A stretch of 64,000 nt of DNA from a virus, in the IMG/VR virus record IMGVR_UViG_3300020446_001812, positions 42,432 through 106,431 of that record. One strand, given 5' to 3'. Below the pieces are notes generated by a model that worked only from the letters and a program-made list of their open reading frames with translations, made no database searches and had not been told where the DNA came from. Made by a program: the position numbers and the translations under genes. This document shows positions 36,385 through 45,075 of this stretch, piece by piece (positions within the stretch are counted from its first letter, which is position 1; each line of letters begins with the position of its first letter).

Positions 36385-37476
36385 TTACACCTGTTGTGCG
36401 GCTGTGATATACTTGCCAAATCTATCATGAAATTCATCAAAACATGCAACTTCATCTGGATCAATTGGCAACGAATATTGTGTAAGAGCAAGTTTTATAC
36501 CCATTACAACCAATTCTGTATCGAAGTTATCCATTGCAAATCTTAAGAAATTGTTAACCTTGTCATCAAATTTCTTATCATTTTTATTAGATGCTTCTTT
36601 CAGTTCGTAGCAGAGTGAGACTGTTAAGGAATACATGGCACTGATTTCTTTAGCCTTCATCTCTTTTACTTTGCCGTCCAAAATATGTGTTGGGTTAGGC
36701 ATTGTTGCCGCAACCTTACGGTGTGCCATAAATTTTACTGCTAGGCCTTCGCCAACAGCACCACTTACCAAATCGGTAGTAGTTTGTTCGTCATCGTCAT
36801 CTTCAAGTAATTCTGAAACAAACGACCAGGAACGAGGTGTAGCAAAAGAACGACTAGGACTTTTTGGGTCAAAGTCATATAAGTCTTTCTTTGCAAAAGT
36901 CAAATAACCAACAACATCTGAATGTATGTTGTTCTGTGGTGCAACAGCCCATGCAAACCAATCATCAAAATCAACACGTAACTCTAAGTGTACAAATCTA
37001 TTTGCTAACGGAGCAGGCATTCTATAAGTAACACCTTTGTCAGCTTCTCGGTTACCAGCCGCTACAATAAGTACGTTATCTGGTAAATTATATTGTCCAA
37101 CTTTTCTATTTAGGATTAATTGATACGCTGCCGCTTGTACTGCCGGTGCCGCAGAGTTCATTTCATCTAAGAACAAAATAATATTTTTATATTTTTTTGC
37201 TAATTCTGCTGTTGGTAGTTCTTGTGGAGGTGCCCACATCATGCAGTTATCATTTGCCGCATAATATGGAATACCTTTAATATCTGTAGGTTCCCAAAGT
37301 GATAATCTTATATCAATTACAAGTGATTCCATTGAATCACCAATCTGGTGAATAATATCAGATTTACCAATACCTGGAGGACCCCATAAAAATATAGGAC
37401 GTTTTTTCTTAAATGCCCTAATAATACTTTTCTTTGCTCCATTAGGAGTAACAGTTCTAAGTGCCGTAGATTCCAT
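36385..37476 (-). CDS. MoxR-like AAA+ ATPase
   Basis: Walker A GPPGIGKS, Walker B 'LFLDE', 'AAGN', 'LANRF', 'TPRSW'; GAGG SD before the ATG at 37476. Confidence 0.9.
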   Translation of the reverse strand: MESTALRTVTPNGAKKSIIRAFKKKRPIFLWGPPGIGKSDIIHQIGDSMESLVIDIRLSLWEPTDIKGIPYYAANDNCMMWAPPQELPTAELAKKYKNIILFLDEMNSAAPAVQAAAYQLILNRKVGQYNLPDNVLIVAAGNREADKGVTYRMPAPLANRFVHLELRVDFDDWFAWAVAPQNNIHSDVVGYLTFAKKDLYDFDPKSPSRSFATPRSWSFVSELLEDDDDEQTTTDLVSGAVGEGLAVKFMAHRKVAATMPNPTHILDGKVKEMKAKEISAMYSLTVSLCYELKEASNKNDKKFDDKVNNFLRFAMDNFDTELVVMGIKLALTQYSLPIDPDEVACFDEFHDRFGKYITAAQQV

Positions 37477-37532
37477 TGTGTATTCCTCTTCTTTGTTTAA
37501 CAGTGCCATATCTTATTTCTAAGTATGTATAT

Positions 37533-37561
37533 AATATAACACCGTTTGAAGTAAAGGTCAA
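37533..37561 (-). promoter_or_regulatory. sigma70 promoter
   Basis: TTGACC, 17 bp spacer, TATATT with extended TG. Confidence 0.65.
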
Positions 37562-37562
37562 C

Positions 37563-37955
37563 CTATTTTGGTACTTTTTTTTGTCTTGTGAGTGCTTTTT
37601 GGAGACCGTATTTGCGTACATCTCCGCTAAAAAGACTTAATTCCATAGCCTTTTTTTCGTTGGTGACTATTATACCTTTTCTATCAAGGTAATATGGACA
37701 ATCTATAAAATTATCCATCCATATTAGAGTATTTGTAGTCAATTCAAAATTTGCAGGATAAGGTATTTGATATGTTTGTAGATCTAAAGTTTCTTTAATA
37801 AAGTCGTATCCTACATCTGTAAGTCTTAATCCACCACTATCTTTTGATCTTGTATTTTGCCACCACAAAGGTAAGTATTCTTTTACAGATAATTCACTTA
37901 CACTTTTACCGGATTGTTTTAAAAATACCTTGGTGTATGTTTCTTTCCAGTTCAT
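37563..37955 (-). CDS. Hypothetical phage protein
   Basis: Operonic ORF; 'GGLRLTDVG'. Confidence 0.7.
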   Translation of the reverse strand: MNWKETYTKVFLKQSGKSVSELSVKEYLPLWWQNTRSKDSGGLRLTDVGYDFIKETLDLQTYQIPYPANFELTTNTLIWMDNFIDCPYYLDRKGIIVTNEKKAMELSLFSGDVRKYGLQKALTRQKKVPK

Positions 37956-38242
37956 TCTTCCGTCACAGTTTCACCGCTTGTTAATTTTACAACTGTAAAT
38001 TTATCAGAATTAAAAAGATTATTTAATTTACTTGCTAAATTATGGGCATGTCCAGGATTAGAAAAACTGGTTTTTTTATATTTGGGTCCTGGATAACTAG
38101 TAAGAACATTTGAGCTTTTCAAGTTAAATGGAGCATTATCATAAAATACTGCCCATATTGCTTCTGCTTGTAAAACTTGTTCTGCTTTATATGTTTTTTT
38201 ATCAATATATTCAACAAGCACTGTTGGCTTCGGTCTACTCAT
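37952..38242 (-). CDS. Hypothetical phage protein
   Basis: 'GPKYKKTSFSNPGHA'; AAGGA SD inside a hairpin loop. Confidence 0.75.
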   Translation of the reverse strand: MSRPKPTVLVEYIDKKTYKAEQVLQAEAIWAVFYDNAPFNLKSSNVLTSYPGPKYKKTSFSNPGHAHNLASKLNNLFNSDKFTVVKLTSGETVTEE

Positions 38243-38275
38243 ATGCGTTCCTTTATTAAGTACGCATATATTTAT
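38241..38275 (-). promoter_or_regulatory. Late-type ATAAATA box plus start-codon-sequestering hairpin; dyad TACGCA motif
   Basis: - strand: ATAAAT ATATGCGT ACTTAATAAAGGA ACGCATAT G; an 8-bp perfect stem includes the AT of ATG. Confidence 0.65.
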
Positions 38276-38281
38276 CTCTTT

Positions 38282-38521
38282 TTACCAGCCTGTGCCGCCA
38301 TCCATGTTAATACTTACAACTTCTTCATTAGTCTTTTTAGCAATTAACGTTTCTAAATCACCATTTAATCTAGTCATAACAATGCCTAGTGTAAATGCAA
38401 GATTTTTAGCTTGTTGTATATTTAATTTTATTTCTTTTTCTTGTCCTGCATCTGCACTTTTAACTTGAGCAATAAATTGTTGTATTGGAGATGTGTTTAA
38501 TGGACTATTTTGCGTTGACAC
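38282..38521 (-). CDS. Hypothetical phage protein
   Basis: 79-aa operonic ORF ending 'MDGGTGW'. Confidence 0.65.
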   Translation of the reverse strand: MSTQNSPLNTSPIQQFIAQVKSADAGQEKEIKLNIQQAKNLAFTLGIVMTRLNGDLETLIAKKTNEEVVSINMDGGTGW

Positions 38522-38969
38522 GTGATAACTCCGTTCTCATTTCCAACTCAGTCTTAAATGGACCTTCATAATTATATCTTTCAATTGTAATTAATTTAGG
38601 ACAAAAACTTTTTACCCAACCTTTTTCAAATTGTATACAATAATAGCCTGCACAATATAAACTTTTAGACTTTTTGCTTTTTGTAAACAACGGCAATTTT
38701 CTTTTTACATCAAACATACTATTATAAGGATGTGTGCTTGTTGGAAATGTGTTTACTTCTTTAGTAGGTTTAGATTCTTTAATTTCTAATTGTTGCCAGC
38801 TTACACTTGTCTGTAGTGTTTTTTCTAAATCATTTGTATCGTTAAAAAATCTACTGCCAGATGCATCACTCAACATATATTGTTCGTCATTAAAACTTAT
38901 TGTTCCAATATTTTGACCTTTATCTTGAACAATCCAGAATTTATTTTTTACTATTTCTTTTGCATTCAT
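38505..38969 (-). CDS. Hypothetical phage protein
   Basis: 'LPLFTKS..SKSLYCAGYY..FCPK' conserved-looking block. Confidence 0.75.
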   Translation of the reverse strand: MNAKEIVKNKFWIVQDKGQNIGTISFNDEQYMLSDASGSRFFNDTNDLEKTLQTSVSWQQLEIKESKPTKEVNTFPTSTHPYNSMFDVKRKLPLFTKSKKSKSLYCAGYYCIQFEKGWVKSFCPKLITIERYNYEGPFKTELEMRTELSRVNAK

Positions 38970-39955
38970 ATAGGATACCTCGCTTGTAATGGTTCTGAAT
39001 ACTGACCTGCGTTATCTGCGATGCGTTGCATATCCCATTTAGCACAGAATTTCATAAGACGCATGCCAACTTGACTAATATCTTTTGGTGTCATATGTTC
39101 TTCAACAACATCATTTATAATACTTCTGATATTACCTGGCTGTGCAGTCAAGTCACATAGTATTACATTTCTATTATAATCATCTAGTACACGATGTTCG
39201 TCACCGTTATGATCTACCCAACGTTGAAGCATTAAATTATTCCAGTTGTAACCTTTTGTGTCCTTATCTGCGTATGCTTCAATAAGTCCTACTTTGTTAC
39301 GAGTCCCTTTCTTACGTACACCAGGATAAGCACTGAATACATTATCGCTAGTATCACCACGCATGCACTTCTCAAACAACATAAAAGCAGGATCAGGTGC
39401 AAGCCTAGGCTCGCCAGTTTTCTTATCTATTACAGGCTGTTTCTTCTTGTCATCAAAATAACCTTCATGTGTAATAATTGTATTGCTAACACCATTGTAC
39501 TGTTTTACGTTAGGTGCAATAAGTTGTGCAAAGTCGCCATCAGTAGAAATAATCACATGATTATCATTAGGATGTGCTTGTATCCAACCTGCAATAAGAT
39601 CATCTGCTTCTAGCTGTGGATGATGCATCATTGTACAATTTGTTTTTGTACCTACAAACTCTTTGAACTCGTCAAATATTTCCCAAAATACTTTATCTTC
39701 ATCTGCTTGTGCAGGAGTCATTGCATCACGTGTTTCTTGTCTATTGCGTTTGTAGGGCTCATAAAAATCTTTACGCCAACTGCGTCCTTCTAGGCAAAAT
39801 ACAACATGATCTGCGTCAAAGTCATTCCACGCTTTCTTAACACTGTTCAAAGTAATATGTAGTGCCATTCCTACTTTTGTATCTAGGTCACCACGTACAA
39901 CGTGTCTTGCACGGAAAAAAGTATTTGCTGTGTCTACTAATATGTATGTATTCAT
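38966..39955 (-). CDS. rnh: T4-type RNase H / 5'-3' exonuclease (FEN family)
   Basis: 'LVDTAN', 'SWRK..Y..YK.NR', 'EADD', 'STDGDF.QL', 'GDTSDN'. Confidence 0.9.
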   Translation of the reverse strand: MNTYILVDTANTFFRARHVVRGDLDTKVGMALHITLNSVKKAWNDFDADHVVFCLEGRSWRKDFYEPYKRNRQETRDAMTPAQADEDKVFWEIFDEFKEFVGTKTNCTMMHHPQLEADDLIAGWIQAHPNDNHVIISTDGDFAQLIAPNVKQYNGVSNTIITHEGYFDDKKKQPVIDKKTGEPRLAPDPAFMLFEKCMRGDTSDNVFSAYPGVRKKGTRNKVGLIEAYADKDTKGYNWNNLMLQRWVDHNGDEHRVLDDYNRNVILCDLTAQPGNIRSIINDVVEEHMTPKDISQVGMRLMKFCAKWDMQRIADNAGQYSEPLQARYPI

Positions 39956-40338
39956 GATACTGAACTCTTGCCTTTGTCTATTGGTATAACATTAATATAA
40001 CCCATTTCACGTGCTGTGTCAAGTCCTTGTTCGCCCAAAACCTGCATTGCTATTGTTTTGAACCATGCATCAACAATATCTTCTTGCTTTTCACCTGTAT
40101 AACCTGCATCAATTAGTTCTTCTATAAATTCATTGTTCCAATCTAATTCAAAAAATCCGTTCTTAATATCATCTGGATTAATTTGTGTATCTAAGACTGC
40201 AACCCAAGGTTCGCCTTTACTAGTTGCTTCAGCTTTTTCTTTGGCAAGGATATCTCTACGTTGTTCTTCTGTAGTTTTTTTTGGTTGCATAATCTTAGGT
40301 TGTATACCTATTGCTTTTTTTAATTTATTCCAATCCAT
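39952..40338 (-). CDS. Hypothetical phage protein
   Basis: 'GEPWVAVL', 'NGFFELDWN'. Confidence 0.7.
   Translation of the reverse strand: MDWNKLKKAIGIQPKIMQPKKTTEEQRRDILAKEKAEATSKGEPWVAVLDTQINPDDIKNGFFELDWNNEFIEELIDAGYTGEKQEDIVDAWFKTIAMQVLGEQGLDTAREMGYINVIPIDKGKSSVS
39994..40022 (-). promoter_or_regulatory. sigma70-like promoter upstream of rnh (inside the preceding gene)
   Basis: TTGACA, 17 bp spacer, TATATT. Confidence 0.55.
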
Positions 40339-40431
40339 TACCAACCTGCCTTTCTTATTGCATCGGAAGGATCTTTTATTTCTGCCTTCATTGCTTTCTC
40401 ATGTTGTTTGTTTTTGTATTCATTGTCATAT

Positions 40432-41361
40432 CTAGGTTCCCCAGGCATTCCCGAATAAGCTGATGTGGAGTCTTGGTGTGAATCGCCAACCTCGCTCCAT
40501 ACATGCTTCTGCAACGTCTTTAACATTGAGATTATACTCTTCCGAACGTCCGCCAAGCGGCATAAGATATACCGGACATTGTACCCCGGCACCTCTATAC
40601 GCCTCCACAGCTCTTGTAACTTCGTCAAAGTCATCTTGAGTAGCGACAACAAACTTAAGATAGATGTCACTACCAGCAACACGACTATACTGCAAAGCAA
40701 CATCAGGCTTAATAGCAGTATCCCAAGGTTCTCCGCTAACTGCAAGTTTCGGGGAACAACTCCAAGTGACTTCAAACCGACTTTGATCTGTGAGATACTC
40801 AAAGAACTCTGGGTGTAGAGTTTGTGTAGTATTTGTTTCAAATGTAACATTTTTTAGATCTCGCATACGTGGATGTTCGAACAAGTCAATATACAGCCTC
40901 TGCCACGCTAACAAAGGCTCTCCACCTGTCATTATCAAATGTATGTCTTGTCCATTGTCTTGTGTCCACTTACTATTAGGCGTAAGCGATAACAAATGTT
41001 CAACCACTTCATCTACTGTCCTTAGCATATTGAAATGTTTGAATTCTGGGTATATACTTGCATAAGTATCACAACCTGTATGTACAATAGGTAAGTCGTT
41101 AAACTCTTTTGTAGTTTGATGTACACCTTTATCAAGAAGATCCTTTACTTCATCATTATATCTTTTGCCTTCTTTGTGCAAAGTCCAACGATCTTTTTTC
41201 TCACCTGTACCAAAGTTCATACAACGAAAGTTACAACCAAAAGTACGTAGAAATACACTAGGTACTCCTACAAATTTACCTTCACCTTGTACACTATAAA
41301 ATGCTTCAGAATATCTTAATTGTTTAACCTTTTGTTTAGGTCGTTCTAGAACGTCAATCAT
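40432..41361 (-). CDS. queE: 7-carboxy-7-deazaguanine synthase (radical SAM)
   Basis: 'EAFYSVQGEG..G.PSVFLRTFGCNFRC...GCDT', 'TGGEPL', 'ETN', 'SPKL', 'PRLH'; adjacent to folE. Confidence 0.9.
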   Translation of the reverse strand: MIDVLERPKQKVKQLRYSEAFYSVQGEGKFVGVPSVFLRTFGCNFRCMNFGTGEKKDRWTLHKEGKRYNDEVKDLLDKGVHQTTKEFNDLPIVHTGCDTYASIYPEFKHFNMLRTVDEVVEHLLSLTPNSKWTQDNGQDIHLIMTGGEPLLAWQRLYIDLFEHPRMRDLKNVTFETNTTQTLHPEFFEYLTDQSRFEVTWSCSPKLAVSGEPWDTAIKPDVALQYSRVAGSDIYLKFVVATQDDFDEVTRAVEAYRGAGVQCPVYLMPLGGRSEEYNLNVKDVAEACMERGWRFTPRLHISLFGNAWGT

Positions 41362-41362
41362 T

Positions 41363-42052
41363 TTAGTTTCCGCAAGCAAATTCTTGTTGCAGTTTTACAT
41401 TATCTATAAACTCTTTTTTAGTTGCAGGATCTTGTTTGAAAGCACCACGCAATACTGTAGTTTGTGTCAAACTGCTCTTGGCTCTAATACCTCTGTTTTC
41501 ACAACAACCATGTGTCGCTTGTACATAAACACCTACATGTTCACTACCTGTCTGCTTTTGTATTTCATTAGCAATCATAACATTTAGTTCTTCTTGTAGT
41601 GTTCCTCGCATAGCACACCATTGTGCAATACGTGTATATTTACTCAAACCTAATAGCTTAGGACCAGCAATAATACCAATGTATGCTACACCTTTTACAG
41701 TTTGATGATGATGTGAACATAAACTTGTAAGTTCACTTCGTACAACCAACATACCTTCGTAACCATTTTCAATATAGTTAGGAAATGCACTTGGATTAGG
41801 CATAGGATCATAACGACCAGACATAATCTCATTGATATACATCTTAGCCATACGTCTTGCAGTATCAATACTGTTAGGATCTGTTTTAGTATCGATTAAC
41901 AACTTTTGCAATACGTTTTCAAAAGCAGGAATAGCTTCTTCAATAAGAGCTTCTTTATCACCCTTTTGAAGTACTTCGCTAATGTTATCATTAGCCCAGT
42001 ACCTTATACCTGCTTCTTCTAGTTTTTGTTTTATTTCATTTACTTTGCTCAA
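41363..42052 (-). CDS. folE: GTP cyclohydrolase I
   Basis: 'SLCSHH', 'GLSKY.RI', 'QE', 'HGCCENRG'. Confidence 0.95.
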   Translation of the reverse strand: MSKVNEIKQKLEEAGIRYWANDNISEVLQKGDKEALIEEAIPAFENVLQKLLIDTKTDPNSIDTARRMAKMYINEIMSGRYDPMPNPSAFPNYIENGYEGMLVVRSELTSLCSHHHQTVKGVAYIGIIAGPKLLGLSKYTRIAQWCAMRGTLQEELNVMIANEIQKQTGSEHVGVYVQATHGCCENRGIRAKSSLTQTTVLRGAFKQDPATKKEFIDNVKLQQEFACGN

Positions 42053-42097
42053 TTCAATTCTCCGAGTTATAGACGAGGATGTCTCATCATTGTGTTA

Positions 42098-42126
42098 ATT
42101 ATATGATATATTTAGGTTTTTGTCAA
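42098..42126 (-). promoter_or_regulatory. Consensus sigma70 promoter for folE-queE (with a TAAATA box in the spacer)
   Basis: TTGACA (42126-42121), 17 bp spacer, TATAAT (42103-42098). Confidence 0.85.
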
Positions 42127-42356
42127 CCATTAAGTACAGTTTTATCGTCACCAAAATACTTATCAAGCATTTCTAAACGATCATGTGCAGATGCCAATTT
42201 GTCTAATTCTGCAATTACTGCTTCTGTAATATCAGAATGTTCACCTATACCTGCTGGCATAGTCCTATATACTTCAATATTTGCTCTGTGTACTGAAATT
42301 TCACCTTCAGCTTGTTTCCGAGCCGCTTCTAATAAAAGATCTCCTGCTTTAGCCAT
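42123..42356 (-). CDS. Small conserved phage protein
   Basis: 'PAGIGEHSDI' motif; GGAGG SD. Confidence 0.75.
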   Translation of the reverse strand: MAKAGDLLLEAARKQAEGEISVHRANIEVYRTMPAGIGEHSDITEAVIAELDKLASAHDRLEMLDKYFGDDKTVLNG

Positions 42357-42753
42357 AATATTCCTCCTTGATGTACCTTTTCAATTCATGATCCCCAACA
42401 TTATCAGGAACCCTTCTTTTATAAAATAGTTCATAACTATCAGAACCATATTTACCTATACCATATAGTTCAGTAGCGTCTTCACCATTCCAATCTTCAA
42501 ACTGCTCACTCATTCGATATAATCTTTCTGCTCTTACTCGACGCATACCTAAAGGAGCAATAACTTCTTCTATTTCATTTTTTGTAGCATGTAATAGTGC
42601 TTTATGTGTAGGCCATTTGGCAAAAAACTTTGGTAATACTGCTTTTACTTGCTTTCTACCTGTAAGATTCAGACATATGACACCAACCATGTGTTGCCAA
42701 ACATTTTCTACCTGTTGTTGTACCATTAAATCGTCACGCATATAAGCCAACAT
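42349..42753 (-). CDS. HhH-GPD DNA glycosylase, MBD4 catalytic-domain-like
   Basis: 'WQHMVGVICLNLT', 'PLGM..RA', 'LYGIGKYGSDSY', 'DHELKRY' parallel the MBD4 'LNRT', 'LHGIGKYGNDSY', 'DHKLNKY' motifs. Confidence 0.8.
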   Translation of the reverse strand: MLAYMRDDLMVQQQVENVWQHMVGVICLNLTGRKQVKAVLPKFFAKWPTHKALLHATKNEIEEVIAPLGMRRVRAERLYRMSEQFEDWNGEDATELYGIGKYGSDSYELFYKRRVPDNVGDHELKRYIKEEYYG

Positions 42754-43270
42754 TTTCCCATGGATAAACTAACCAAATGTCTTCATCTTTTTTATTTACT
42801 TCATGTGTAGAATAGTTTACCATAAACTTAAAGTCACTTGCACCATTATCTGTCAATACTGCGAAACGAACATTTTCACACCAAACATCACGCCAGCCTG
42901 TATCACCTGGCATACAACTTTTTTCCCAATCATCTACAATCCAGTTGAATGTTGCTCCTGTATCATTTATATCATCTACAATTAAAATATTTTTTCCTTC
43001 GTTTTTCGTTTGTCCTTGTTGAAACATGCCAAAGGCATCTTCTGCCATCCAAGTGTTACTTTCTAGTTTACTGTCATCTCTTAAACTTACCTTTATAGAT
43101 TCACATGGTATTCCAGTCAAATTACTTATGATAGTAGCAGGAACATTACCTCCTCTAGTTATTCCTACAATGTAATCAGGGCGCCAATTGTCTTTATACA
43201 TTTGGTTGACTATGCTTATACACATTTTTTCAACATCATTCCAAGTATAAAAGTGTTTCTTAATTGTCAT
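42734..43270 (-). CDS. Purine phosphoribosyltransferase (Gpt/Hpt-like)
   Basis: 'VGITRGG.VPA', PRPP loop 'ILIVDDINDTGAT', 'WLVYPWE'. Confidence 0.88.
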   Translation of the reverse strand: MTIKKHFYTWNDVEKMCISIVNQMYKDNWRPDYIVGITRGGNVPATIISNLTGIPCESIKVSLRDDSKLESNTWMAEDAFGMFQQGQTKNEGKNILIVDDINDTGATFNWIVDDWEKSCMPGDTGWRDVWCENVRFAVLTDNGASDFKFMVNYSTHEVNKKDEDIWLVYPWENVGLYA

Positions 43271-43490
43271 TTTTTTTATATTCCATTTCAGTTTTTATCT
43301 CATCGCCTTCTTTATCATAAGCAATTTCTAAAGCCATTGCTTGTATGCCATCTAATATATGATTACAGGTAATTTTATCATAACTTTTTCCTGAGAGTTC
43401 GCTATATTGATTCCTTATCCTGTGTAGTTCAACTGCTTTATCATGCATTGCATTTATTTTTTGTATTAATTGTTCAATAGTGTGTTGCAT
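43260..43490 (-). CDS. Hypothetical protein
   Basis: 76-aa operonic ORF. Confidence 0.65.
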   Translation of the reverse strand: MQHTIEQLIQKINAMHDKAVELHRIRNQYSELSGKSYDKITCNHILDGIQAMALEIAYDKEGDEIKTEMEYKKNDN

Positions 43491-43804
43491 TAAAATGGAA
43501 TCTCCTCATCTTTTTCGTGATTACCTATATAATCTTGATCTACCATTTTATAAATTGCATAAAAATTTTCCCATGCTTTTTTAAGTGCAGGATAATGTTC
43601 ATTCATTTTTTCTATTCTAGTAATTTCAATACTCTTTTGAGTTAGATCAATATCATATTCAGGAACATTATAAGTAAATTCACTTCCTGTATCATTAATA
43701 CAATTAGATATATTATCTAAAGTTATTGTATGATTATTAGCCCATCCGCCTATATCTTCACTTAAATTATTAATAGTAATTGTATAATCGTTATCATTCC
43801 CCAT
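43490..43804 (-). CDS. Hypothetical protein
   Basis: Operonic ORF; 'YPALKKAWENF..YKMV'. Confidence 0.65.
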   Translation of the reverse strand: MGNDNDYTITINNLSEDIGGWANNHTITLDNISNCINDTGSEFTYNVPEYDIDLTQKSIEITRIEKMNEHYPALKKAWENFYAIYKMVDQDYIGNHEKDEEIPF

Positions 43805-44843
43805 CTGCAATCACCCTATAAAGTTTTTTACCACTGAAAAAGTGTTTGTTTAACTTACTTACTTGTTTACTAATACTAGGCAAGAAGTCTTCATAATTTT
43901 CCATATATTCGATTATTTGTTTAACAACTTTATCTCTATGTAACAAGTATGAATCATAATCTTCTGTCCATTCACTTTTATACTTGAATTCTGGCTGTGC
44001 CATTTCACTATAACTTAATCTATCAGGCACCATAGGAATAGCATCTACAAGTGCGCCTTCATACCAACTTATGCCTAATGTTTCTTGTAAATTAGCACTA
44101 AAAACAAGTTTTGCTTCTCCTAGTAAATTATGATATTCGTTTTTAGTAAGCTCTCTTTCTTGACATACTACAAATTCATACTGTGGAAGTTGTTGCGATA
44201 AATCTTTAAATATTTCAACTTGTTTTTCTGGAGCAATACGATGTGGAAATAATATTACATTTTTCTTTTCCATACCTTTATATTGTGCAAGACTGTTATG
44301 TAAATATTCCATAGGCCATCCAACAATATGATTTTTATTTTCTGAAATTCTAAATGACTTAGAAAATAATTCTAAATGGAATTTTGTTGCAAAAAAATTA
44401 TCGTCATAACAATCATACATAGATTGTTCAGCATTTCTTACCCAATCAGCGTCCCCGATCAATCTTCCTAAGAAGTCTTGTGGATCATAGCTACCAGCAT
44501 GCCAAAGACCTCCTAAAATTATATCTTTTTTAAGTAAACTTGCCATATACTTTAGTTGTATTACTGTTGGATTCCATGCATCTGTATACAAAAAGTAATC
44601 ACCATCATTTATCTGACCTTTACAAAACATTGTAGCAATTTGTTGTAATTGATTTGATTTATATACATTTGTTCCACCAAAATTGAGAAATGCCCCAGGC
44701 GTAGTAGCCTGGGGTACTTCTCCTCCACTAATTACTTTTACTTCTTCATTTGTAGCACGTTGCATTTGATTGGGTAGATACTCTTTCCATTGTTTTGTGT
44801 ACCTAGTATCAACTGCTTCAATGTCTACAATGTAAATTGTCAT
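43794..44843 (-). CDS. GT-B fold glycosyltransferase
   Basis: 'FPHRIAPEKQ', 'QETLGISWYEG', 'PDRLSY.E' are GT4-like C-terminal motifs; GGAGG SD. Confidence 0.75.
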   Translation of the reverse strand: MTIYIVDIEAVDTRYTKQWKEYLPNQMQRATNEEVKVISGGEVPQATTPGAFLNFGGTNVYKSNQLQQIATMFCKGQINDGDYFLYTDAWNPTVIQLKYMASLLKKDIILGGLWHAGSYDPQDFLGRLIGDADWVRNAEQSMYDCYDDNFFATKFHLELFSKSFRISENKNHIVGWPMEYLHNSLAQYKGMEKKNVILFPHRIAPEKQVEIFKDLSQQLPQYEFVVCQERELTKNEYHNLLGEAKLVFSANLQETLGISWYEGALVDAIPMVPDRLSYSEMAQPEFKYKSEWTEDYDSYLLHRDKVVKQIIEYMENYEDFLPSISKQVSKLNKHFFSGKKLYRVIADGE

Positions 44844-45055
44844 CAGTTCCTCCGATTATTATACTTTCTTCCAGCATTGCGTGCCTTTGCTCGCAACCAG
44901 CCTTGATGCTTTTGATACGCCTGCCAAACAGACGATTCGCTTTTATACAAATTTGCTTCATTGAAGACTTTGCCTTCAAATCTACAGTAGTCCCTAAACT
45001 TTTCCAAGTCGTTGAAAACTTTGTTGTATGCTTCACGATTGAATTTAATATCCAT
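44843..45055 (-). CDS. Small hypothetical phage protein
   Basis: AAGGA SD; 'FNDLEKFRDYCRFEG'. Confidence 0.7.
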   Translation of the reverse strand: MDIKFNREAYNKVFNDLEKFRDYCRFEGKVFNEANLYKSESSVWQAYQKHQGWLRAKARNAGRKYNNRRN

Positions 45056-45075
45056 TTTTGTGTTTTTCCTTGCAT

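Noticed and set aside
40338-40850. 170-aa same-strand ORF overlapping queE
   Set aside because: Mostly an alternative frame of queE. Only its last ~36 codons (from MPGEPRY) might be a real micro-gene, which I cannot support.
44818-45075. 85-aa ORF overlapping 44843-45055
   Set aside because: Alternative frame; the 70-aa ORF has the SD and fits the operon junctions.
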